From Oculina patagonica (taxonomy: Eukaryota), in the NCBI RefSeq assembly GCF_052425735.1, contig NC_135759.1, positions 29,078,001 through 29,142,000 of the forward strand: a stretch of DNA of 64,000 nt, read 5' to 3'. A program made the translations under genes and the position numbers. This document shows positions 1 to 11,611 of this stretch, piece after piece. The notes below the pieces were generated by a model. It saw only the letters and a program-made list of their open reading frames with translations. It was not told where the DNA came from and did not search any database. How positions within the stretch are numbered: position 1 is the stretch's first letter; each line of letters starts with the position of its first letter.

Positions 1-909
1 AATCCAATATAGGGATCTCAAAATGAAGGCCTTGACAACGGAATTGCGGCCATCGTCCTGTCTGACCTCTGCTTGTAGCGGACGTGAAGCCGTAATATTT
101 TGGGTTTGCGGATAACTTTACTTAAACTTTTCAGTTATCAAACTTTTGGAGATGGTTTATGTTAGGCCTCAAAGCAGTACTACCACCTTTTTTAAACATG
201 ATCCTGAGTACTTTAAGCTTTGACGCCTTTCTTCTTGCATTTTCATTTCCTCATTTATATTTACTATATATGTCATTTCATGTGCATGTATCTGATGTCT
301 CGCAATAATAATTTACCAGTAAGGTGTCTGGTTTTAAAAATAATCTTCAGAACTTAACTGTAGTAGGTGACGGTTGTTTGAAGTAAGGTATTTATTGGAT
401 ACGATGTTTGTTTACACCTCCTACGGATGTTGTTAGCACAATTGCTTTGAATGCAAATTTTATCTTTCGGATCTACTGTTTTTATTTTTATTTTTATTTG
501 TAAGGGCCATGATCTCTTTTTTAAACGTTACTGTAAACACAAATTTTATTTTAGTTATTCTCGTCACAGTTTTGGTCAGTATATTAAAAGGTAAATATCT
601 TGCGATCTATATTTTCCGTGCAGGCAATTGCCCTCTTGACAAAAAACTTAATATCACATTTACATGATAATAAACTGCGGAACAAAGAAGCGAGGCAATT
701 AAGTTGGAGGGGAAAACTGCAAACCAGCTATCAAGATTTCATTTCTAGTCAACATCTAAACCTACTTTTGATTACAAACAGTTAAATTACTGAATCTAGA
801 TCTATACTACTTATTTTAAATGTTAAAACCGTTTTACCAGCTTAAGAGAATGAGGATGTTTCGCAGCCTTTGCAGTTGCCTTGATATACATGCTAAGTTT
901 CATTGTATT

Positions 910-1232
910 GCAAATTAGAAACGTTATGTATGAAATAAGCCATTTTCCTTATGGTGCTTCCAAAACATCAAAACTTTTAACGCATATCTAACTTGTATCT
1001 AAAATCGATCTAAAATCTATGGGGTCATCCATGGATTTATCGCTGCGTTTAACTGTAAGCTAAGAAAAGTGCCCACGTGCAAATTAGAAACGTTATGAAA
1101 ATATCATCCATTTTACTCTTGATGCTTCCAAAACATCAAAACTTTTAACGCATCTCTAAATTCACTTTTCCTAGCAGCATAAATCCACGGATTTATTGCT
1201 GCGTTTGAGTAAGCTAAGAAAAGCGCCCACGT
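910..1232. repeat. Tandem duplication of the 3' end (TM7/helix 8/stop) of the adjacent GPCR
   Basis: 910-1078 and 1079-1232 both begin gcaaattagaaacgttatg and share tgcttccaaaacatcaaaacttttaacgcat and taagctaagaaaag.gcccacgt. The first copy has indels and stops. Confidence 0.85.
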
Positions 1233-2007
1233 TCCCCAAGACTCCATTGTTTTGTTCTCCTGGCACGAACTGTCCTTCTCTGAAGCCACTTCAGCTATGG
1301 AAAAGGCCAGGGCCGGCAAGGAAGTCAAAATAAAAACGCCAATAACAATAGCAATCGTTATGGAGGCCTTTTTGTTGTGCATTTGGCTTGCTAACAGCCG
1401 AACCGCTTTGCTGTCCGATAGCTCTGGACTGTCGAGATGCTTCTTTAAAAATGCAAATATAGCAGTAAGAAATTAGAACACCTGGGATAAAGAACACTGT
1501 AGAAACAGCTATGATCCAATAAATGTCTTCGTTGATAACCAAACGCAGGCTAGCGATGCAGCTTGAAATAACCCAAGCAGACGCTACAGCGTATCGAAAG
1601 CGTCTTGCGGTTACGATGGCGTTGTATCGCAAAGGCAAGATGACTCCAACATATCTTTCCAAGCTGACAGAACACAAGTTATATGTTGATATACCAACAG
1701 ACAAAACGTAAACACAGTCCACAGAAATACTCAGAGGATGTTCCTCGTCGGCGACAGCTAACAGTGATCGTGTGATCCAGAGCGGTAGTGCGACGATCCC
1801 GACAAAGAAATCACCGACTGCTAGAGAAGCAAGGAAATAGTTTGTCACAGAGTGAAGAGTCTGCTTCTTGTAGATTGCTATGAGTATTAACACGTTCGTT
1901 GTGCAGGCGGTGATAGCAATAAGCAGGCCGAGGATAGTCGTTAAGACTACGTTCCATTTTGCTGTTGGAAGTTCATGACAAGCTTCGTCGGCCGCCATCG
2001 TCTGCAT
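1113..2007 (-). pseudogene. Class A GPCR with one frameshift in ICL3 (pseudogene or sequence error)
   Basis: ORF 1291-2028 (first in-frame ATG 2007) gives TM1-TM5 (LAVGD, ERY). ORF 1113-1382 gives TM6-TM7 (KKASITIAIVIGVF, NAAINPWIY). Removing one base near 1398 joins them as ...QQSGSLLASQMHNKKAS... Confidence 0.8.
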
Positions 2008-4534
2008 CTCGGTCGGGACTCTTTCCAATACAAGTCATTTAAAAACTTCCGTTCAGCAGCGGATAAATAATCACAATAATAGCAAAATATACCGGCTGCA
2101 GCACATTAAAATTAGCCCTTACGGATATCACTTTGAATGAATTAATGCCTCTGAGCTGGTGGCTATTAAGGCATGATTCGATCTATTTTCATAGAAACGA
2201 GTCTTGTGGTTTAACTAAATGTAAATGACTCACGTTTTTCGGTGTTTATTTTTGTTTTCTGTTTGTCTTTTTTTATAAATGCTTTTTGAATAAATAATTT
2301 TTATCCTTATTCCTATTTCTTTATTTTCTTTTCTCTTTAACTTTTGTAAATACTCGGAGCCACCAGGATAAATAACTAATAAATTTGTGTCTCTCTTCAA
2401 ATGAAGTTCATCATAAATAAATGCATGATTGCTTTTATTACTTAATGCCAGACTAACGATGATTATTTAAGTTCAGCCAAATGTTTTTTTTATTCAGGAA
2501 TATTAGTGTGCGGTAAGTTAATAACAGATGCATGAGCTATTTCCTTTTTTTACTGTCATTTTTGCCTTTTAATTTATTCATCTTGTAAGGAAGATATTAA
2601 TTGAAACGGAAATTTTGTGAACTGAAAACATCACGGAAATTTGAGAACTTAAAACATGCATCACGGCAGTAAATTTGCAACACGTACACTATATTGGTTC
2701 CCTTGCGTTGCCGAAGGGCTCTGATCGATACTTTTGAGTTTGATGCAGGTAAATTCAGGAAAAAAGGAGAAATTTCAAAAGTACCAATTCCCGCATTGAA
2801 GCAAATGATTATTCATAAGACCATTTCCTAAACTCTTCACTCCACCGTAAGGCTAAATATGCTAAATTAAGCTGTTCACTGGTTCCAGGATTCTGTGAAT
2901 TTTGTGTCTCGCTTATCGAGAAAGCAAGGGACAGAAAGGAAGAAAGGTCCCCAGTTCTATAAATGGAGTTATAAGCCGTTGCCAGGCAACAGCGCTCAGA
3001 CTAGTACGGACACAAGTAATGTACAAGTCGTAATAATTAATCTAGCTGGTTGAAAGATCCTTTGTTTTTGTTTGTTTTTATAATATATTTTAATATAAGC
3101 GAACGTCCACCACATTACTTGAAATATAGCAAGAAAGCAATAATCAATTTCGTAGGACACTAATTCCAAGTGGAGATTAAAGGATTTCAAAGATTTTTCA
3201 ACAACTAAAGCTACACCACCTTGCCTTGTGTTGCCCTTAGCTGATCCACGGCGTCAAAATGAGATCAATAGAGCCTAAGTTTTATGGATCATTTGTCCCG
3301 TGTTTCCTTGAGCGGACAACTCCCCACAAGTCTACCATAATTGTAAACTCCACCATTTTGAGGCCACATTTGTCCAAAAAAACGCAAAGCCGACGTTGTT
3401 TTCGTTTTTCGAAAAATTAAATGGCATTCGCTGTCACAAGTGAAACGTTATACCCGGCCATCTTGGAAATGCCATGAGTTAACATGATACTTATTTATTC
3501 CTTTCCTTCGAAAACAGCCGCCTTGCATTGATCCCAACGCCTTGGAGATGCCTAATGCGCTTAAAAGCGATGCGAGGTAGTTGTTTTCAAAGGATATCAT
3601 TTCATTAATTTGTGAGCAGAAAAATCAGCATTCAAGTGAATGGCACTCTCAATTCGCTTCGAACTTAAGGCAAGTCAGTCCTTGTAAAATTGAGAAAAGT
3701 TCACTTGGTTTTAACGTTTTACAGTTGATAAACAGTGGAAGACAAAAAAAGTGCTAAATGGAACCGGAGACTAGTGGGTTAAGTTCGGTGATTCTCATTT
3801 ATAAACCAAATAATGATAAGAGAAACATCTGGTAGTCTCACAAAAATGGTGATCAATTAAAATAAAAACGCGTAGTGACGCCAACCCATTAGAGATAAAC
3901 AGGAGAAGTCTAGTTCCATTAATAATGGCCTACTTTTAATTACAAGAAGATGCATTAAAACTCCATTGAAGTTAAAGTTTTGTTTAGATTTAAGTTTTGA
4001 TTGAACATCATTTTGCGAGAATGTAAAAATGTAAAAAATGAATGAACTAAACGCTAGCAAAAATTAGGGAAATAAGCAAGCATGGCTTTTGGAGGGTAAA
4101 ATCGATCGCAGTAGATACGGAATTATGTCAGTTTATCAGTCTAGGTACACAGGTTTATATAATTATTTGCGTGACTCATGGTTAGCTAGACTAAACTTAA
4201 TATGCCTAAATACACCATCGGCAAAAAGGTTTTCAAAGTCTGTTTTTCACTGCAAATTTTTATTTTACATAAGCCGCAGTTAAACAGGCTTACATATTAA
4301 CTGTCGTCTAGATTAATCTACGGTTTTAAAGTGATAAATGGAAGACAAAGAGCTTCTGCTGCACGAAAACCAAACATTTCAAAGGTTTTTGGTTTATTAT
4401 GAAAAATTTTGGTCAGTTTTGGGGTTCTAAGGTTCCGAAGACGCGAGGCTTACGAACCGTTGACTCCAGACATTCTGGCTCCTTAAAGACAATTGAAAAA
4501 CCAAAGCTGTTTCCTCCTTGGAAAGAGCGAGTGA

Positions 4535-5482
4535 TTATCTCTCTCTTTTCGTTTTGCAGAAAAACATCCGAGAGCATTCTTTCTTAATATCTCTCTTAAA
4601 AAGTGCGTAGGCGAAAGGATTTGCACCTGAATTTATAATCAGAAGCAGAGCTAAGGTATATCTAACAACTTCCTCTGGTTGCGATTTTCTACAAGACGTA
4701 AAACAAGCACACAACGAAGATAAAGACTGGCATATGTAACAGGCTAAAAATACTCCAACCATAATACTGATCAAGCGAGCTGAAGAAGCTTCTGATTTTC
4801 CTTGCATGAGGCGGCTCGGCTGGTTGAACTTCAGCTGCTTCAATAGCAGTGATGTGCGCCTCGAATGCTTGCTTGCTATCTTAATCATTTGTCGCGTTGC
4901 TATCGCTAAGAAAAAACACGGCGAGATCTGAAAAATCACCATGCTTGTAATTTGTGCGATCTTCTCATTTGACAACAAAAGTGTGGGAATTGTATCCAAA
5001 ATGAACGGCGCCAACCAAGCAGACATCAGAGTGAGACCGATCTTCGTCTTGGTCATTATGCTTGGGTACTTGAGAGGCATGACTATAGCAAAATAGCGAT
5101 CCACAGTGAAGGCAATTATGTTAGTAACAGAAACTTCCCCAAAGTAAGAGACTAAATACAGGATCACTATTGAGTGGCTACAGCCAACCATCTGGCAGGA
5201 GAAATGAGGCGGAATAAATACAACAACTAACATGAGATCTGCTGTGGCGAGCGAGAAAACAAACCAGTTTGCTTTGGTGCGAAGCCGACGGCGGGTCATG
5301 ATGAGATATATAACCAGAGCGTTGCCAAGTATTGCTATGATAGTAAGGACCAACGAGACGATCCAAAACCACATTGCTGAAGAATCTTGAAAAAATACAG
5401 TTCTTGCTAATGTAGGAACGACGCGAAGTTGATTTTCCTCGGTGATAAAATTGATTTGGCATTTATTTATGTAAATTGACAT
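4535..5482 (-). CDS. Orphan class A GPCR, intronless CDS (cluster family)
   Basis: GN in TM1, LATAD in TM2, DRY, NSGANPFAY, helix 8 FKRDIKKE. The start may instead be the ATG at 5374 (MWFWIV), which follows a pyrimidine-rich AG. Confidence 0.92.
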   Translation of the reverse strand: MSIYINKCQINFITEENQLRVVPTLARTVFFQDSSAMWFWIVSLVLTIIAILGNALVIYLIMTRRRLRTKANWFVFSLATADLMLVVVFIPPHFSCQMVGCSHSIVILYLVSYFGEVSVTNIIAFTVDRYFAIVMPLKYPSIMTKTKIGLTLMSAWLAPFILDTIPTLLLSNEKIAQITSMVIFQISPCFFLAIATRQMIKIASKHSRRTSLLLKQLKFNQPSRLMQGKSEASSARLISIMVGVFLACYICQSLSSLCACFTSCRKSQPEEVVRYTLALLLIINSGANPFAYALFKRDIKKECSRMFFCKTKRER

Positions 5483-5719
5483 TAACAGTATTTCATTAAT
5501 GCCATTTTCATAGGCTAGTGTTTCGTTGCGTTTGTTTTCTCGCCCATTACCGTATTAAGTTTAAAGCACTCATTGGTTTACACAGTTCAATTTGTCCCAG
5601 TATGTATAAGGTTAATTTGGGTAACTTTACCAGTTTATTTTAGGGATCACTCATTATTTATTTAGCGGGATGATATAAGACGGGCTCAGTTGATTTCGAC
5701 ATAAGTAAATGAGTGCCTT

Positions 5720-6400
5720 ACGTCACTTTTCACCGCTCGCTGCAGCATTGGCCACCGGCGAAAAGCCTTTTTCATCTGAAAGTTTAAAATTTTATTCAAA
5801 TTAAGCAAAAAAGGAATTGAAAGTAAAAAGGATGGTTTCAAAAGCGTCTGGACTGACAATCACATTAAGACACAGGCGCGTCAGGTGGATTCTGTTATTA
5901 TGACAGATAATAAAATATATGGTGCCAACATTTAGGGGTGTGTAAAACATTCCGTTTTAATTTTCCGCCTCATAAAGCAGGAAGGAAATATTTGCACCAC
6001 AAAAAAATTGGTCATGCTTCGTTCAGTACTTATTCCTTGTGGCACAACTTCATGAATGTTTTTGTTAAGTCCATTGTTACTGATTTATGTAAAAGCATTT
6101 TTTCTTTGTTTGAAAGGGGGGTTACGGGGGGGGGGGGGGATGTGAGATGTTCCGATCATTATTCATTATTCATTACAACGAAAATATATATCTTGTGTCA
6201 CTTTGTTGTGCGAAGTATACCACTGTCGACCTATATTTATTCGCGAGTACTGCAAACTAAAGCACCTACATGTAACAAAACTGCTTTTTGACGCACGCTG
6301 TCTCTAGCCCGAAAACGCTATGCGAATTTCGCAGGGTCATGTCACCAGGGACATGTGCCTTTTAATACTTTTGTATATTAACAGTTTGATGGGAGTTTCA
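5720..6400. repeat. Diverged copy A of a ~700-bp segment also found at 8180-8900
   Basis: Collinear anchors: tggattct (5886/8361), cctcataaa (5968/8432), gagtactgcaaactaa (6245/8663), gcacgctgtct (6293/8738), ctatgcgaatttc (6318/8787), gagtttcaata (6393/8890). Confidence 0.7.
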
Positions 6401-6603
6401 ATAATGCAAGTTTACGGTTAACTGTCGTTTCCTTTAAACTCAATTGTAATATTGAATACAATGCCAACTAAGTAGTTTAACAGGGTGGGGAGCGAAGGGT
6501 GAAGTTTTCGTGTCAGTGCATTTTCTATCCATTACTAACGTGGTCCTTTTGACTAACATTTGTTTGGTCAAAATTAATGACCTATATAATTTTAGTTGGA
6601 TAA

Positions 6604-6672
6604 CAAATAATAATAATAATAATAAATATATTTTTATAGCGCCTATCCAGGCCTGCTCTAGGCGCTTTACAA
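6604..6672 (-). mobile_element. 3' terminal fragment of an L2/CR1-type LINE or SINE
   Basis: The minus strand reads tgtaaagcgcctagagcaggcctggataggcgctataaaaa...(tat)n: a stem-loop followed by a short-repeat tail, typical of L2-group 3' ends. Confidence 0.55.
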
Positions 6673-7096
6673 ATGTTTAAAAAAAAATTAAAATTAAATT
6701 AAAAGACTTTTACCATTTCTTTTGACGGCAACGATTCAACAGCCTCGAGCTCATTAATTACAGCCTTGAAAACTGTATAATTACTAGCTCTAGTTCCATT
6801 CTTGTTCATTTATGAAACGAGCATTTTTTTAGTGTAGTGACACAACCAAACCATTTAAGTTAAATAATAACATTAACCAACAACAACAAGAATATTACAA
6901 CAGCAAGAACAACAACAACAACAACAGCAAAATAAACGTCAAAGGTGATATTTATTTAAACGTTTAATTCTAACAATTTTTGCAGGTTGAACTTCATTGC
7001 ATTATTGTGCAAGATTAAAATATTACTATTAGCATCAGTTATAAGTGTTCTTAATTGTTAAGGACATCCACCTTTGGTAACATTTTTGGCTCATCA

Positions 7097-7794
7097 TTAA
7101 AACCGTTTCTGGTAACGGATACGGATTTTACGAACTGCTTTTCTGAGTATCTTCCTAAGTCGGCGACGACGAAACGTCCTTCGGAACCAGCCTGGTCTGG
7201 GTCGGGGGTCCTCTTGCCTCTCACTAAAACAGGATAAAAGAAACAGGGTTAAACTCCCAAAAAGATACTATTAGGAATATATTTCCCAGGGTTTGCTGTC
7301 AACGGTATATTAATCGTAAAACGTTCAAACTTTGAGAATATGAAGTGATTCTCTTGTCAAAAATAACTTACATGTAAGAACAGGGATTAAACGTCTCTTC
7401 ACTGAAATTTCTCTGTGATCGCATGGTGTCAGCAACGAAATGTGGGAAAGTGTGTTTCTATTGCAGGACAAACCCTTCTCGCTTACCTTTGATATTCTCC
7501 CAATTCTTCGTCATTTTGGTCTTCGTCGTCATCATCATCATCTTCAAAGGGATCGGCGGGTTTGACTTCAACATCAAGATCATCACTCTCATCATTGTCA
7601 TCATTCATGCCATCATTATCGTCTTCTACGGCGCTATCTTCGTCATTGAACTCATCCGGAGAGGTCAGCTTCTGTTCATCACGTTCTATTCCATTGTACT
7701 CATCATAAGCTGAGTCCGGGATTCGTGACTTGACGGCCTGCAAAGCACAGCCAAGAAACAATCCCACAAGAGCAAACACCACTATACCTCTCAT
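7097..7794 (-). CDS. Secreted prepropeptide (144 aa): signal peptide, acidic pro-region and cationic C-terminal peptide; arminin-like antimicrobial peptide candidate
   Basis: Exon 1 is 7794-7487 (MRGIVVFALVGLFLGCALQA, D/E-rich, donor AG|GTAAGC). Exon 2 is 7223-7097 (acceptor cttttatcctgttttag, phase 2) and encodes SERQEDPRPRPGWFRRTFRRRRLRKILRKAVRKIRIRYQKRF*. AATAAA lies at 6951-6956 on the minus strand. Confidence 0.88.
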
Positions 7795-7864
7795 CTTATG
7801 GAAAGCTCGCTGGCGTAGTTTGAGTAGCTTGCTATGAGTGACAATTTGGACTGCTTTAAAGCTT

Positions 7865-7872
7865 CTTTTATA
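7865..7872 (-). promoter_or_regulatory. TATA box of the prepropeptide gene
   Basis: TATAAAAG about 70 nt upstream of ATG 7794, with an Inr-like TCACTC about 30 nt downstream (near 7840). Confidence 0.6.
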
Positions 7873-8179
7873 AAGACCAACCAGGAAGTAATGAAGTTTT
7901 AAATTTAGCTCTCGGTGTTCACGTTGAAACACAATATATAAAATTGCCTCAGAAGATTCTCAGAAGAGATTTTATTTCTGCCTTAGTTCCTAAAATAAAA
8001 CGATTTTGTTACTGTGGTTTTTGAAAGGTTTTGATAACGTTCTTCGGTTAGACATCCAATTACGTCATAAATCACGATAGGCGCAAACGTACCGATGCTT
8101 ACATGGAATTTGCTAGACGTTTGGCATTTTGCTTAAAAAATGACAATGCTTTACTTTACTTTTTACAACTTGCTGAGGC

Positions 8180-8900
8180 ACTGGTCACTTTTAGTCAATT
8201 TCCATCTGAGCCTTTTTACCCAGTCCGAGCAAGAACGAACTGGAGATGTAAAGGAAGGTTTCAATATTGCCTGGAGTGCCGCTGGAGGTAATACTACTAA
8301 TAGTGCAAAGCGGCGTTGCTCTTTCCGGTACTACTACGGGAAGGCGCGCAAAGCGAGGTTTGGATTCTCTATTAAAAAGAAATTAAATAAATATATATTG
8401 TGCCATCAAAAAATACCGATTAGATGTCCCACCTCATAAATCACGAAAGTGCTCCCATCGGGTATATGCACTACACAAATTGAGGCATTCTGTATTCATT
8501 CATTCTGACAGCTTCGTGGAGACATTGCTTAAAGGCATGATCACTCTTTTTCTAAAAAGAAAATGTTTCGAGAGGGAGTTTTCGAGATGTGTAAGCCGTT
8601 GTGATGATTTTAACATTTTCATTACGACTGTGTATTACCATCGACACCCCGAATTTGCTCGAGAGTACTGCAAACTAATACATCTACCAACATTTTGTTT
8701 ATTAGCTATTACCTTAACAGTCAAACTGCCTTTTGGAGCACGCTGTCTTTAGGGCGAATACAGCTTTCGCGCTTTTTCCGACCCTACTATGCGAATTTCT
8801 CACGGTCACAATATATGATATGGCTATTTAAAAATATGCCACACAGGACAAGTGCCTTTTCATTCCCTTCAATATAAAGAGTTTTATTCGAGTTTCAATA
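8180..8900. repeat. Diverged copy B of the ~700-bp segment at 5720-6400
   Basis: Same collinear anchors as copy A, in direct orientation. Confidence 0.7.
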
Positions 8901-11611
8901 CAGCCTGTTAAGTTGACTAAATAAACTTTCCCTTGATATTTTATTAAAATGTGATTTTTTTTTATTTGTAGAGCACTAGTATGAGCTAGATGTGTATCCC
9001 AAGTGTAATAAGCTTTTGCTTGTACGCATATACGTAGCGGTATGCTATAGTATTACGTAGATTTATAAAAATGCAACTCCTTAAATTTGGAACTTGAACT
9101 TGGAAAAGTTTAGTTGAATTTAAAATCTTTGATTTACTCCTCTGCGTTTAATTGGCCTGACCGAACGCAACGCTTCAGCTTAACGCAACAGCACAAAATC
9201 GCTTCGACTTTGTCTTCATTGGGCTAGCATTCGGGTGCACTTGTATTGACTTCGATCACTTGCGGGACTAATCAGGGACGAGGAGCTTGAAAATTACACG
9301 TAAGTGCGAGCAAGCCAACGGTATACTATACAGAGGTTTGTAATAAAAATTTCAGTTAAAATTGCTTTCTTTTTGGCCAAGCCTTACGCCAAGACTACAG
9401 TGGACAAGAGATCAGAGACTCGAGAAAGCCAGAGAACGGCAGAGCACAGGAGCGGAGAAGGACCGAACGACAAGACGACAGGGACGAAGAACAGGAAAAC
9501 CACACACTTGAAGAGAGGAGACCACAGCAGAGACGAGCAGGGGGAAGCGAAGGAAGAAGTGAAGGGAAATGAAGGAGAGAGAGCCAGACGACCGAGTGAA
9601 TGATTTGACTACATCCTTACATATACTAATAGAACAGTACTTTGTTGTTTTATGTTTAAATTGTTTGTAGCTTGGGATCAAGAGGGTGATACTGCGCGAA
9701 AATGCCCATCGTTAAAAGCAAAATCGCAATTCCAATCATAGTAACTAAAACTTAACATTTCCAAATATACAAGTTCGCAAAATAGAAAAGGAATGGTGTT
9801 TCAATATTGTATATGAACGGTGTTACACCGCGTTTATGTTATTTATGTTATTATTAATAAGTCACTTAATGACGTAGTTGGTGCAGTGTGCAGCGTGCAG
9901 CGTCTACGAGCCTTAGTCATGATTACTCTAACATATTTCAGTTTGTAGAATTGTTTGCACGGAAGGTATTAAATTAAATGTCATTGCAAAGTATTCTGTC
10001 AGTGTCTAATTTCGAAATTTTTGCCCTAAATTGTATCACAGAAACAATGCATTAAGCTGTTTCAAATACTTAGTGAAGTAGTTCTCTCGAAGCGACAATG
10101 GAATTTTCTACAGAACTTGAAATATTGTCTTATTTTGCGGCGAGCAACAATATATAACTCTATAAATTTACGAGTATGTGCTTAAAGTACTCGAGAATAT
10201 AAAGCATTTAAAATAGGTATGGCACAATATTTATTGGTGCCGAAAGCCGTCCGGTAAATATCAACGAGTTAAAACATCCGTTTTAACTCTGAAACGAAAT
10301 TGTAACTGAGAAATGTAGGAACGGAAATGAGCATGCACTAAAAATGATCTAAAAATACAAGATACGCTGATGTGCAATACCGAGGGTCGGTTACGGAGCT
10401 GATATATTCGTTGGCAGAAAGTCAAAATAAAAACATGTTGTGACTTTACTTGATCTTGACTATAAACCTTGTTATCACGGAAGTGCCAGACGTTATTCCA
10501 CAGAGTTGGTTAGGATAGCTGATTTATTAGTCAACAAATTGTCAACGAGTCGCATTTTGGCAACTACATAAAGTATATCGTTGAATATCTGTGATATACG
10601 CTGGTCAGAAAAGACCTCCTAAAAACCACCTACTGGTGAGCGGAGCCTGAACTTATATATTGTTGTTTCCATTGTTTCCATTGTGACAACGACTTCCTGA
10701 CCGTTATGTGGACATCGTGACAATTCTACTTGAGTTACAATGCACTATATCAGTACTTTAAGTCCAGAAACTAATATTAAGAGGTATGAAAAATAGTTCC
10801 TTTCAAGGCTGAAGGTAAGTTGAAAGAAAATATAAGAACCAGCAAACCAATTAACAAAAAACGTCAAAGTAATAATAGAAAATAAAAATATCGCGTTGGC
10901 TCTTAAGCGGGTAAACACTTCAACCAATTACCATTGACGAGGGTTAAAGTAGTATTTTGGCATATGACAGGCCAAAATTGTTTACCTTCAAAAAGACATT
11001 GATTTACAGAAATAAGAAGATAAGTAGTCAAAACAGAAAGAAAGCAATCGCGACCGGGTTCCTTTGAAGAAGGCGGAAGTCTCAAATTTTATTTTCGGTT
11101 TTTTTTTTGGAGGTTCGAGAAATCCAGTTCCACTATATAGTAGTTTGTAACCATGCTGATCATTTTAGGGTTCACTATAACCTCTTTCATATTAATTTTT
11201 TTTCTTACTACAGAAATTGAGGATTTCTAGTTTTTGCCTTCGTTTTGAAGGTAATTTTGTCTAATTTTTTACATACAGGAAGCCTTTTTCAGTTGTTTTT
11301 TTTTTATTGAGCCCTCACTCGCACGTTATTCATTATTTTTAGCTCCGTGACAAGCTCGATGATATTATAGCGGTCCAGTTCACTTTTAAGTATCGTGAAT
11401 TGAGACTAAAAAAGTAGCGAACACGAGTTTTATTAGAGAGCTGGTCGGTTGTTTACAGAAAGAACACAATAATACGGGTTAAACCTCAACACTAAGATGA
11501 TGTGTTCTCTGTTTACTATAACTTAAGTCTTCAAAACATGGCGATCCATATACCTACAGGGTAATTGATCGGAGACAGTCAGTCAGAATATTTATAATGC
11601 TTGCTGCCTTG

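Noticed and set aside
1252-1711. Short antisense ORFs over GPCR genes (also 19382-20152, 27879-28460, 31355-32099, 39411-39749, 44758-44955, 55000-55206)
   Set aside because: Shadow frames of real coding sequence.
7795-7932. 46-aa N-terminal extension of the prepropeptide ORF
   Set aside because: It has a non-ATG start and overlaps the TATA box; the signal peptide begins at ATG 7794.
9304-9681. Charged ORFs here and at 12568-13058, 15184-15563, 18420-18741 and 37662-38041
   Set aside because: They stay open only because T-poor tracts contain few stops; no recognisable domains.
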